In this document: one piece after another, positions 23,615 through 36,360 of the stretch
Numbering within the stretch: position 1 is the first letter of the stretch
Layout of the letters: each line of letters opens with the position of its first letter
NCBI RefSeq assembly: GCF_018977255.1
Contig: NW_024704742.1
Coordinates: 25,546,001 to 25,606,000, forward strand
Direction: 5' to 3'
DNA: 60,000 nucleotides
DNA from: Callorhinchus milii
Lineage: Eukaryota
The notes under the pieces: generated by a model
What the model was told of the DNA's origin: nothing
Seen by the model: only the letters and a program-made list of their open reading frames with translations
Databases searched by the model: none
Program-made: the position numbers and the translations under genes

Positions 23615-24184
23615 ACATTAGCTTCTGTGGGTCTGAAAGAGGAAGTGATTCACAGCTCAGGCTGGGTGAGTGAGTTACCAGCAGTTTGAAGAGTGAACTA
23701 TCAATGCTCTGAAAACAATTATATTGCTGCAATAAATTTAACGTATTCAATTACAGGATTGATTAATTGATGGTTTATAATCATTAATGCTTCTAGTTTA
23801 CAGCCTGTACCTATAGTTCCATTTAATGTGGTTCATAGTTAAACCACAATCAATACACTTGCTATATTGATATATTTGCTATATTGATATAGTACACACT
23901 GCAATGATATTGGCTTGATCCTTCGCCAGTAAGCAGCAGCAGCTGGTCTGCATTGAACTAACACACACACACACTCACTCCAGCACCACCTTGTAAAATC
24001 TCACTGACTGACTACCCTTCCTACCCTTCAGTCCTGTTATGTTAAATCAAATGTTCACTCTAAAATGTGCCCAACTCTCCTTCTGTGTTATCTGAAAAAT
24101 GTCTGTGTCTCTCCTCCCACTTTCCCTTCTCAAGAGCGTCTGTCAATTTAAGACAGTCAGCGAATGAGCATATGGAGAAATCAG

Positions 24185-24475
24185 GAGATTTTTTAAAATG
24201 TAGATTGGTTAGGATTTAGATTGCCATTCTGGGAGCGATGATTGAGGCAAAATTCATATTAGCTTTCAAAATAAATGAAACTACAGGGGTAGGGAGAAAG
24301 GGCAGGTAAATGGGACTGAAAAGATTGCTTTTAAAAGAGCCACAGCAACTATTTGCATTTATACGGCACCCTTCACGCACGGCAGCGTCTCAGAGCCCTT
24401 AAGCACAGACTTAAGCACAAAGCAAGCACAATGTGCTGAGCAGCCTTCTTCTGCGCTGTAAATTTCTATGGTTCT
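24185..24475 (+). mobile_element. Degenerate CR1 3' fragment interrupted by an L2-type tail
   Basis: gattgaggcaaaattcatattagctttcaaa...gggagaaagggcaggtaaatgggact...cttctgcgctgtaaatttctatggttct, with an insert near 24347-24400. Confidence 0.55.
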
Positions 24476-25053
24476 CCAAAAATGTCCATGGCTCTCCACT
24501 CAAAAAGGCTACGGTTCTTCCTCCTACTCTCTATGGTTCTGTGAATTTCTAGAGAGTCGTGGGGAGAGAGTCATGTAACTTAATAGTGAGCGGCCAGGAT
24601 TACCAACAGCTAGTGGATGGGTTTAGCATGGATAAGAGGGCAGGATTGAAGGTCCAAAGTAAAAAGTTATCTGAGTCAAGCAATCCTCTTTCTCGTCTCC
24701 ATCTTCCTTCCCCAGCAGCAATTCTAGGGCAATATTACTTTCAAATGATTTCCTGCCCTCACTTTAGTGAAGCAAATAGCAGAGCAAGGAGCCTGCAATG
24801 CTTCAATTCCGTATTTATAACTGTAAAACATCTCGTACCTCTCCTGCAACATCAATCGTTTAGGATCTGCTTAGTATTTTCAGTGAATGCAATCTAACTA
24901 AACTACCCACAATAGTTCATTAAATATTGAAAAAAAGACTGCAAAATACTCAGTGTATCTAAATTAAAGCCTAGGGCGGTCTGTTAAAATTCTCATTTCT
25001 AAATTCTAGCACTCTAGCAAAGGCATTGGGTTTCTGTGTGTGGAATCCAGATC

Positions 25054-25377
25054 GTGGAGTCCTGTAGCTCAGTATTTAGAGTATTCGCCTGGCAAGCGAG
25101 AGACCTGGGTTCAATTCCAGGCAGGTCAGGGCGCAACCTTGGGGAAGTTTCCTTACTCGACACGCCTAATAATAATCCCTCCAAAACAGAACAAAAATAA
25201 ATTGGTCATTTTCAATCCACGACTGTTTGTGGGACACTGCTGTGCACAATTGGCTGCCGCGTTTCGCCTACAAATATACAGTTAATTCACTTTACAGCAT
25301 ATTCTGTGAAGCGCTTTGAGATGTCGAGAAGACATGAAAAGTGCTACATCAAATGCAAGGATTATTATTATTATTAT
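25054..25377 (+). mobile_element. tRNA-derived SINE with L2-type tail, complete from head to tail
   Basis: A box, B box gggttcaattcc, body and (ATT)n tail; collinear with 30165-30490. Confidence 0.92.
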
Positions 25378-26629
25378 CGTTATCAATTGCTGTCAGTCTC
25401 ACCCACTGATTTTGCCAGCAATTTCTCATTTCAATCGGCAGCTATTGAAGATTGTCTTCTATTGACTATTACCACAGCAAGACCACCACATCCAAATCAA
25501 TTATCTCTTTCTGCACAGATTTTTCACTCACCTGAAGAGTGTATCATACATTTTTACATGACCAAACTATACGTCCTCTCTCAATTTCATGCGTGTGTTC
25601 AATATCTAAAATTTTGCATTGGGCTAATAGCCCATGGACTAACCACGCTCAAACGTAGCCATGCTCAAATGTAACCACTGATGAAGAGGATGATAGGCTA
25701 TTTTAAGGATACAGAGCACTCGCCTGGCAACAACAACAAAATTACATTTGCATTGCGCTTTTCATGAAGGGAGGATATTTTGTATTTAGCTTAAATCTGC
25801 TGACAATCAACAAGAGTAAACCAAAGATATGGTACAGAAAAACACTTTATATTGAGCAGAACAGAAGATCGATCACCTGACCACTCAGAGGGCAATCTTC
25901 TTGAATGGAGGGCCCAAGGTGATTTTATCCCTGTTGTGAAATGATGGAAGTAACCTATTTGTATGTGGAGGCTGACTGAATAGGAAGTAGAACTAGCCGA
26001 GTAACCCACCAATCAGTTCACCCACAAAATACAGTCAATCCACTTTACAATAACAACAACAATTTACATACGTCCAAAGGCCCTGGAACTTTACACTACA
26101 CTTTACAATATGTCCTGTAAGCGCTTTGAGATTGCTCAACGACCGTAATAAGGCACTACAACAAATGCAAGGATGATTATTATTATTATCTTAATACAAG
26201 GCTTGGTGACTAAGAAACATCTGTTTATACATATATTCTCCTCAAAAATTCTTAGACCTTCTTAGAATAGGTGAATATTTACCTGTAGATAAGTACAAGG
26301 TATTTCCCCAAAATATTATTGCATAAAGATTTTAATATTTTACATTGAAAAGTACGAAATAAATTTTAAAAAATTCTCCTTATTTAAGTAATGTGAAGAC
26401 GTGTATTCTCTAAGCCATTGTTGTTGACTGTCTCTGGACAACATCACTTCCAAAATAAAATGCAGGAAAACCCAGTGTATTCACATGTCAACTATCCACA
26501 AGCCCATTTTCGAACCACATCTAGCTCCACATGCGCGCAAGATGACGAGGCCAAAATTTAGCCATGCATCTCGAGTGCGAGCTGGCATCACACAGGTAAG
26601 AGTACCATTTAATAATCCAGGGTACAGTG

Positions 26630-26815
26630 TAAGGAGGGTAGAGAAAGAAATGGAGAAAGAAAACTCAGAGACACAGAGCTAGTCAAAGAGACATCAAATA
26701 AAACTCAGTGTGAGAGAGACAGTCAGAAAGAGAGAGAAAAAGAGTCAGAGAGAGGAGAGTGGGCAGAGAGAGAAAAAGAGTAGGAAAAAGAGTTAATTCA
26801 GAGAATAGACAAGAA
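26630..26815 (+). repeat. GA-rich low-complexity tract
   Basis: Degenerate (GA)n runs read directly. Confidence 0.8.
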
Positions 26816-28431
26816 AAATTAGCACTGTGTTGTACTCTACTGACAATAAAGCTTCTGATGGACGAATTTAATAGCACTGTGGCCAACATGTATTGTGCAT
26901 GATGACCAATTGTACAGATTTTCCATTGATCACAATCAGGCCGGTCCCAATGAGTGTAATAATCTGCTTTCTAACTACTGTATATTCAGATTAACGTGGA
27001 AAAAATCCAGGGCAGCCCAGTAGGAGCATGGTACACATTTTTCCCCCAAATATCAAAGTGTTTCAAAATACAATTTGACTGATACTGAGTGTTTTAGAAG
27101 GCTCAACAGTGATCTATTAAATATGGACCATAACATTTAGTTGACTACTGAGCTAGTGGTCCAGTTGTTCTGAAATGTTTGATAACGTTGCTGTAAACAG
27201 ATTTATTTTTCAAATAGAAATAGTTTGGAATATACAGTGCACATTACTGCCATCCACCTCCTTCACTAGATTAGAGGTACTATCCCTTCCCTATATCTGC
27301 CACACACTTTTTGGGTCACCTCTGGTGAGACTGTCATCTCACAGTGTTTTATTTGGGTGAGAGGACTCTATAACACTGCTTACAGATCTCTCACAATATG
27401 AAGCGGTGTAATCTGCTAATGGAGGCATATCTGTGCAAGTCTGAGCAAGCTCTGCTAGTTTCTCTCTCCCCAGAGATGAAATGCTTGCAGCCTAAACCTT
27501 GTGCTGGCTTCGAAGCTCCTTAAAGTTTTCCTCACAGGGTCAGTAATCGCATTTCCGCTCGAGACTTCAAGGGGATTTTCAAACTGAAATATTGGGCGCC
27601 GTACTTCTGTAATTCATCACCTTTAACCTTGCATTCAATAATCTCAGCCTTTCCCCCCACAGCTCCCATACTTTACCTCTCCAGATCTCTGCACACTTTA
27701 CTTACACCCGTTTATCTGTGTAACTGGCTCAATTCCGGAAACCATTTAAAAGCCGCATCTTAAGTAATTTGTCAACTTTCTGCTTTCTTATATTCACATC
27801 TCTTTTAAAAAAAACTAATTAATTCCAACCAAGCTCTTGATTTTGTCCAATTTACAGTATTTACGAAGATTGTTCAGTCTGATCTTATTTCCTGGATGAT
27901 TTTACATTGTGTTACAAGTTTCCGTCATTGCAAACAGTCACCGGTAATTACCACCCAATGAATTATTGAATCGATTTTGAACTTAACAAGGCAGATAATT
28001 TTTAATTCAATTATTGGGAGTGCACTGTTGTCAAACAGTATTGGTCAGGCTGCCTGGCATGCTGCAAAATGGTGCAAGGCCAAACCTTTTAAAAAAAATG
28101 TACTGTCATTTGTTACCACTGACAAGGGCAGCAGGTATATCAGTCAATTCCCTTTTGAAGAACATTGTCCTAGTTTTGCCAAATCTCCACAACATGTGCA
28201 CAGTGTTAGTTTAATATATATATATACACACACTAACTATGTAATATAATACCTATAAAATTTCTATTTATTTTCTACATACATGCAATTCATGAAGATT
28301 GCATAAAAGTAACTTTTCTTAAGCTTCAACCTCTGCCAGTACTGAATGATTTTGATTAACACTATAGCAAACAAAAACACTGATGTCAAACTTCCAAATA
28401 CAATAAATGAACAGAAAACTTCACTTTAATA

Positions 28432-28922
28432 CAGGGTGTCCACAAAATCCTTACTCTGTTACAAAACAGCGATATGAGATGACGGAGGAGCTGAAACAAG
28501 CTGTCAGAGACGCATTTCTCCTTGTCGCTCTATCACTCCTCAAGACCCTCCTCTTCGATCGCACCTCTGGCTACACTCGATTGCACCTCCTACCCCTACC
28601 CTCTCTACCTTCTGATCCCATCCCCAGTTCGGGTCGAAATCCCTGACTGTCCTGCACCTTGGAACATCCTCCCGACATGAAAGATGCTATACAAATGTAA
28701 TTTTGTATGTTTGTATGTTACGGAAGATGTTGCACTGAACATGGCGATGGATCATTATCTGGCAGAACATTATAGCGCTTACACCGATCCTCTGGATGTC
28801 TAAATACTTGTTCTGAATACAATTAAATATTCTATATACAATTATCATCATTCTTCCTCATGTTTCGGTTCTAGGTCAGTGTAATGTAGGAAAAATAGTA
28901 ACAGATCTTTGTGGACACCCTG
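28432..28922 (+). mobile_element. Internally deleted Tc1/mariner-superfamily DNA transposon with a nested L2 3' fragment (~28525-28712)
   Basis: TIRs cagggtgtccacaaa at 28432 and tttgtggacaccctg ending at 28922, flanked by TA on the left and TG on the right; transposase C-terminal remnant EELKQAVRDAF...MLRKMLH*TWRWII. Confidence 0.82.
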
Positions 28923-30164
28923 TGGATGTCCAGTGCAGTATTCTATTGGTGTGCTAACAAACAGATCAAGAACACAGATAGTCCCATTGACTTTACTTCC
29001 TTAACCCTCCTTTGTCAAAAGAAGTTACTCATCTCAATTGGGCAGCACCAACTTTTTTTTTAGGGGGCGGAGGGGATGGCTGAGTGCTGGCTGAATCCCC
29101 AGATTGATCTAAAAATTAGAGCAAGAGTCGAGCAACTTAGCCGTTACACCTCTGGGAGTTTGAGAGCTGCACCAACACTGACGTGCAAACCAGTCACCAG
29201 ACTTCATTCACCGGATCTCATTGGCCAGGGAATGCTAAGGGCTGGAAGGGTTTTTATCAATCTTTTTGAAAAAAGTGTTTCCAAATTTAGAGGTCAGCAA
29301 AGGAAAGGAAACCAATCCACTGGAGTATGCAGTGTGCAGCTTTTGATTCAGTAGATCCATCAATTTTATAACTTTACAGTGACCTCTACTGGCAGGTTAC
29401 TGTAACAGTGTCTGCTGGTGTTATGCAAAATTTGCAACCGTTTACTGCAATACCTTGGCCGTGTCTTGCCATTACTTGAGGAGAACACTAAACATTCGTT
29501 AACCTAACCAGAGAATATTACACTGGCTGTGATGTGATCCTGGATTCCAAGGCAAATGCACATTCGAAGATGCAAAAAGATTTTGAATCTCTTAAATGTG
29601 CAAAAACCTCCGTACCACACCCTCTCAGTAATTATGATTCATCCGCCTTTATTTCAAAAGGTTTACTGCAAAAAAAATAGTGTTTTTCAATTACTTTGCA
29701 TTCGCAGAATATGGGCCCAAGATTCTGGTACCCAGTGATGCAGCAGGTAATGCTCTATTGCAAATGTCTCCTGAAGATAGTGAAGGCCAACTTCACTTCA
29801 GGAAACAAGATGGAATATAAAAGTCTGGAATAAAGCATGTGGCATGTCCCGGGATGAAGTATGCTGATGGGGGTAAGTTCCAGTCCAGCGAGCCGGAATT
29901 TCAAGCAAAGTGTAATTACAAATTTTAAAAAATGCCAGTAAATACCTGCACCGGCATTGTAACTGTTTGTATCCCGCAAGCAGAAGTTAGCGAATAACCT
30001 ATTTTCTGCTCATGGAATTCAAACAGTCTGAGTCAAAGTCAATATCCCTGGTCACTGTGAAGGCCAGCAAGGACGATGAGATTGCTCAGTGTGGCACTCG
30101 TGCATGCAAGGAGATTGGGTCATTGGGAATCTACATGAGTGCAGTGAGGAAATGTTTTTAAATT

Positions 30165-30490
30165 GTGGAGTCCTGTAGCTCAGTGGTTAGAGCACTCGCT
30201 TTGCAAGCGAGAGACCCGAGTTCAATTCCAGGCAGGTCAGGGTGAAACCTTGGGCAAGTTTCCTTACTCCACACAGAGCCTAATAATAATCCCTCCAAAA
30301 CCAAAAACAATAATAAATTGGTCATTTTCAATCTACAACTGTTTGTGGGACATTGCTGTGCGCAATTGGCTGCCGCGTTCGCCCACAAATATACAGTCAA
30401 TTCACTTTACAGTGTGTTCTGTGAAGCGCTTTGGGATGTCCTCCCAACGTAAAAAGCGCTATATCAAATGCAAGGATTATTATTATTATT
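30165..30490 (+). mobile_element. tRNA-derived SINE with L2-type tail, complete from head to tail
   Basis: gtggagtcctgtagctcagtggttagagcactcgctttgcaagcgagagacccgagttcaattcc head, Deu-like ctgtttgtgggacattgctgtgcgcaattggctgccgcg segment, stem-loop tail and (ATT)n. Confidence 0.93.
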
Positions 30491-33400
30491 AAATTATGTT
30501 TGGTGTTGGGCCCGGTCCGGTTAGATACAATTTCCGCTACTCAGAGCTAAGCCAGAATTACTGTACTTTTAATATCACAGACCAAAGGGTTTGAATTATT
30601 TGACACGTGTAGGAGGGCTGGATTTTAGGACTGACACCAGAAAGCGTAGTTTTTTTTAATACAGTATGTCAAAAGGGTAATAAACAATTCAAACAGCTTA
30701 ACAGGCACTTGGGAGTCATTTAACAAATAGTTTGATGCTGTAATGGAAAGATGAAAATCTTAATCAGAACTCCTTGCGAATATTTTTATGAATAATATTG
30801 TATCCACTGTGAAACATCAACCTGAATTTAAAAACAAATGGAAGAAATGAAGCTTACATAACCAGGCGTTTTGAATTTTTACAAAATCAGCCCAACATTA
30901 AATAACGTAAATGTAATTAAGCCTGAATGATTAAAAAGGTTGCTATCAAATATTTTTATTTCATTAAATACATTCAGAACTTACATTGGAAACATTATTT
31001 TACGACTGATTTGGATGCAGACCAAATGATAACTTTATAGCTACAACTTGAAGGGTCTCTGGATTTCAGTTCTGTTACAGCCTGCTGCTAGAACAGGAAT
31101 TGAAACTGGTTCAAGTGAGCACACAGGAGGGTGGAAAAATTCATCTACTCACTAACTTAAGGATTAACTTTGATAGCACTTCACTCAAGTGAAGAGATCA
31201 ATACATCTCAATTTCAGGAAATAAACTGCAGTGATGTAGACAAGACTATAAATAAATTATTGGAAAAGCACTTTTATAAACAGAATTTTTTTGTAAAGTA
31301 TGATTGCTTTGCTACTCATATAAGCACTGAATACCTATTGAAACAGCAAAACAAATTTATACTAATTTCTCTCAAAAGTTAACTACACTACAATAATAAT
31401 CCTTGCATCTGATATAGCACCTTATCATGTCATTGAAACATCTCAAAGTACTTCATAGAATACAGTATATTGTAAAGTGGATTGACTGAAGGGAAGTTCA
31501 ATTTTGAATAGTCAGAAAGAGTTGCACTCTGGATATTGATATTAAAGATTCACTGCCTCTTATCATTTCAGTACATCATAAACTATCCAAAAAAAATTAA
31601 AAATAGTACTGCAATCCTATGAAAACACAAGTACTGAAGAACAAATGGTTAACAAAACAGGTTTTCTTTCCTAAGGTTTCCAACAGAACTCCAATATGAC
31701 TGCAGTGTCACTTAAAGAAGCCAACATTTTGTATAGCAAAATACAGTACAGATTATTTAATGGAACTTCATTCTGTAGAACTAGCTTCATCTGAAAAAAA
31801 GTGCAATCGCAGCCTACAAATAGCGCCTACACTTCAAAGTAAATCTTGTGAAGAACTTTAAGATGCTTTGAAGACTTCATAAGGGTCTGTATCAAATACA
31901 AATTGCAAGGATTATTTATGATCCATGTATAAATTTCAAGTTAGAGAACAGTGCTCACAGATGTAGCAAACAGTAAATTTACATAAGATTCTCTAGAAAG
32001 AGTATCAAGGAACAGCAGCTGAAAGTGCTCAGAAATGGTTAAAAAATATTTTAGGTATAAAATGAGAAACTCACTAAAAGATAAAAACACACATTTGATA
32101 CATGCGTTCATACTGTTATAGCAGACTAAACATTTAACTGTCTGTTGTAAAGATATGATGAGCAAAAGATTACTTAATAAATAAACTTAGAGAAGGCTCT
32201 GGTTTCTTCACCCACTGATCAACACCATCTGGTATTTGTACAGTTGATGCCCTGGAGAATGAATCAGTCTCTGCTGTCTACTTGGGTCAATGTATAATTC
32301 TTGCTGCCTCCCACTGTGTGGTCCAATTTATGGAGGCCCAGTTTCTCAGTTCTTTTCTGCCAAAGGTAACCTATTAATGTGACCTTGACATCAAGTCCTG
32401 CTTATCAGTTACTGCTGAACTACATCTCATAACTGGGCAGCTGAAAACCAGGAAAGCTTTCTCAGAAAACTTCTTTGTTTGCTTTTGAAAATTAAGGCAG
32501 GATTGCTAAAAATGACAGGCCATTATCGTGGCTCTAATCTGATCTGTTGATAATTATCTTCTGTTCCCGTTAGTGAGAATGGATAACGTTTTCAATATGG
32601 GCGCAGCACTTCTACAGTCTTACCTTCTCATACGCAGCCTCATTGATGCCTCCACCCTGAGTTCTGAAGTCAGATTTAGTTACTAAAAAATTGTCTCAAC
32701 CAAATACGGCAAGGTCACCTGAAAAACAAAATTGCTTTCCAGGGTTTTGGCAACACCCTGAATTGTTTGTGGGAAGTTTGCAGCAGAGTATAAACTAGAT
32801 TGAAACTTTACATTTGAAAAGTATTGAAAGGAGCCAACTTTTCTTGGGTCAGTCCCTGAGTGCCTACCTTTACAATACTGCAGGTATTCAGTATTTTCAC
32901 TGAAAATTTTGCTGATACAGCTGCACAGCTACATTTAAAACGGAGCATCACATATATGTATTTAATTATTCATATATAAGGTAACCTTGATCTGACAGAA
33001 GGTATTTTTATTAAAAATATAAAAATGACAGCTCAGCTCTTTAACACCCCACCTAGCACTGCCCTCCAAATTAGCTGGAGAAACTTGTAATGAGCAATGT
33101 ATGCTAGTGCATGTTAACTGTGAAACAGGATTAAACTGCAAGCGGGGTAGTAACATATAGCTGTTCTCCGACTAGTTTACACAGATCCTAAATGGCAATC
33201 CAGGTTCTAAAGGCAATATTCGCTTACCAGATTGGATGAGATCATTGCAATTCCTGATTTGTGAATATTGGAAATTCATGGCACAATCTGTGAACAGCAA
33301 TTCCCAAGCTGTCAAAGAGACCATCATTTTGCTTTATTTGTTACCTCCATACCTCATACTGTTTGAGGATTCATAATTCGGCATTTGCAAACATTTGTAA

Positions 33401-34649
33401 TCCAAGATTCACAAACTGGAAGTTGCAAAATCAACCAATTTGCAAACATTGCATTTATTGCATTTTAGCCTGACAGAAAAGCAGGAGCGCCCATTCACCT
33501 TCATTTTTCTAAATTGTTGATAAGAGAATCACATTGGAACTTAAGTCATGCTTAGCATTAATGGCAATCCTTGTTCCTTCTCGCATTTTGGAAGGAAGAA
33601 ATTAGTCATTCACTTCCCCTACAAAATACAGTCACAGGGTATCCTGTGAAACATTTTGAGATGTCCTCCCGACATGAAAGGCACAAAACCAAATATAAGT
33701 CTTATTTTTATAAGAAATTAATTTACATTTTTATAGCATAGAGTATTATTATGTCTCAAAATGTTGTGTAGTTATTGTTGAGGCATTTTTCATGCACAGG
33801 GTCCCACAAACAGCCAAGAAAGAGATGATTGAATTGAGGCTTGTCAGACCATCAGTGTGAGCAGAATTATCACGCAAATGTTTAATTCAAATTGTTAAAG
33901 CACTTTGCCATTTCAACTGTATAGAATTACTTTGCTTCTGCAAACTCTGAGCCACACAATAATGCTGATAAGCCACTGAGTTGATGCCATTAACTCTTAC
34001 TTTCAACTACAAAAACAGCAACACCAGAGGAGGTGAAAGCTTATCAGCGTTTTTTCCATTTGTTGGATCTTAAAAAAGCTACAGATGGCCAGATTGCTAT
34101 TATTAAGGAAGTAATTTGTGAACAGATAAATTTCTAATTTAAAACCAGCCGGTCGAACCACTCTAATCTACTCACAGAAATAACAAGTGATAATTAAATC
34201 TTTCTGCATCATATGCTTTAGCAATAAAGCCCCATCCAAACGTGATAACTTTTTAACTGAAGTACACAGATACTATGTGGAATTTTCTTTCTGTAACCAA
34301 AATAAAATGCATGAATAAGAGATCACAAGTTTTCCAAATTTTATAAAAATACTACAAAAATGTAACTGTCTGGAATGATGTTACAAAGTAATAATCTTAA
34401 GAAGAGAGTTGCCTTAAAATGAATGGAGTGCAATGGCAGGGATGTGAAAGTGTGCGCTGTTACACTCTAGACCTTTCTTTCTCTGCTGCTCCAAACGGAC
34501 GTAAATCATAATGTTGGGCATGTGAAATTGTTGTATTATATCCACCTCAACAGTGAAAAATGTTCAGTAGTTCAATTTTCCTTCTAAACATATGGCTGGA
34601 AAGACTGGTGACGACAATGGCAAGTGCAATTGAATGTTTGGAATTAAGT

Positions 34650-35255
34650 GCATAAATCCACCTAGTGAGGGCTCAAACCCACGCTTGTCAGATGTCGAAC
34701 GACCAACAAGTGACTATCCTCCTCAGGGAGGCAGGTAAGCAGGGTCTCTTTGGAGCTGAACTGGCTCCAAGATGACATGCTTGGCAATAGAATGTCAAAA
34801 TCGAGTCAGCCCTCTGTAGCAGTCTTGGTAGTCCAATTCCTGAGCCACAGTATTCCAGGGCACTGCTGATGAAAACCCAGCCAGCCTAGCTCATCGGCAG
34901 GACCTGCAAGGACAGACCAGTCACTGGGAGCAGGATAGTTATCCCACTCAGTTCCCGTTAACCCTGCAAGCCAAAGCCCTAATAGCTAGAATGGTCCTAG
35001 CTTGACAAGCAGTGGGAAAGCTTGCCAGACAGTACTAACAATCACAAGTTCAGCTCTTGCCAACCTTTCTTGCCTAATACTTTCCGGAATTTGGGTAAAC
35101 AGGATGCGTGCCTCCAGGTGAGAGCGAGCATTCCATTCCAAAAATCTACCCCTGGATCTTCCATGTGTAGGTGGGATGTATAGAAATCTCAGTTTGGTTT
35201 GGACACTCTTAAGCATGGTGATGGGTTTCTGCACGTGTCAGTCACCAGGCTGACA
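34650..35255 (-). repeat. Unclassified interspersed repeat, family X, longest copy
   Basis: Collinear with partial copies elsewhere in the window; strand is relative to the 18.5 and 36.1 kb copies; the left boundary is uncertain. Confidence 0.75.
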
Positions 35256-35314
35256 TCCACAAAAAAATCTCAATTTAGTCTCTTCCCGAAAGCCTGCTTG
35301 GCCAGCAATCAACA

Positions 35315-35430
35315 TTCCTTCAATACTACACTAGTGTCAGTCTAGATTATAAACTCAATCCTAGTGTGGGGTTTGAATGCACAACCTTCTGACCCAGAGG
35401 TGAGAATTCTACCAATAGAGATAAAGTGAA
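35315..35430 (-). mobile_element. DeuSINE-like head fragment
   Basis: agtgtcagtctagattat...gggtttgaatgcacaaccttctgacccagaggtgagaattctacca. Confidence 0.7.
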
Positions 35431-36094
35431 ACTAATGGATTTGTAACACAGGATCTGCATTATTGCCAGTTGGTTTTTAGTAGTGAGCAACAGGAAACCG
35501 TATTTTTCCACCAAATGAAACAGGATTACAATGAATTTAGTTACCAGACATTCACCAATGAGATTTAGAATCTGGTATCAAACAACTGACCTTTTTTTTA
35601 AAACTGGTTTATTGAAAATGATTTTAAAAACAGATCATGCATGTAACATGAACAACAGTCACACTTTTGGTGCCATATTATTTAAGAGAATTATTTACCC
35701 ATTAACCTAAAACCTATAAACTGCAGCAATAATGTAATATCTCTAAAATTTCATTCCACCTTCGTTCAGTCATGGCTATTGCTGCTCGTATCCATCTAGA
35801 ACTCTTCCAAATATTTTTTACATTCAGTAACAACTTAAAAACTTCTCTGTATGTTACTTTGTTTTGTTACTTTAGCAAAAGTACTTTAGCTTTGTTAGTT
35901 ATCATCAATTTCCAAATATTTTAAATATTGTTCTTCATTGTTACTGCATAAAATGGTACTCTTTATTGTCGCTGCTTAAGTATTACTCTTTATTGTAGCT
36001 GTGTAAAATGTTATTCAATCTGACTGAGTGAAGTGTTATTCTTCATTTTCTCTGTGTTAAACTCCAGTGATTGTGGCAGTAGTATTTTTTTTTG

Positions 36095-36360
36095 GTCAGC
36101 CGGGCGTCTGACATATGCGGAAACCCATCACCATGTTTAAAGAGTATCGAAACCAAGCTGAGAATTCCATGCATCCTCCTACACATGGAAATCCCACAGA
36201 TGTCTATTGGAATGGAATGGGCGCATTCTATGGCAAGGCTTGGGGACCCCAAAGTGTACGTTGGGGTACTGCTGGAGTCTAACCAGCTAAAATCGCATAG
36301 CTTGCCATTGATATTGCTGTTTAGCAAACTACTATAACACAAGTGTTGGTAGCTTGCAAC
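36095..36360 (+). repeat. Family X copy (5' part)
   Basis: tcagccgggcgtctgacatatgcggaaacccatcaccatg matches 16072-16150 and the reverse of 35170-35255. Confidence 0.75.

Noticed and set aside
30165..30240. tRNA gene calls at SINE heads (also 21.0, 25.1, 38.9, 57.4 and 59.9 kb)
   Set aside because: There is no intact acceptor stem, and each continues directly into a SINE body.
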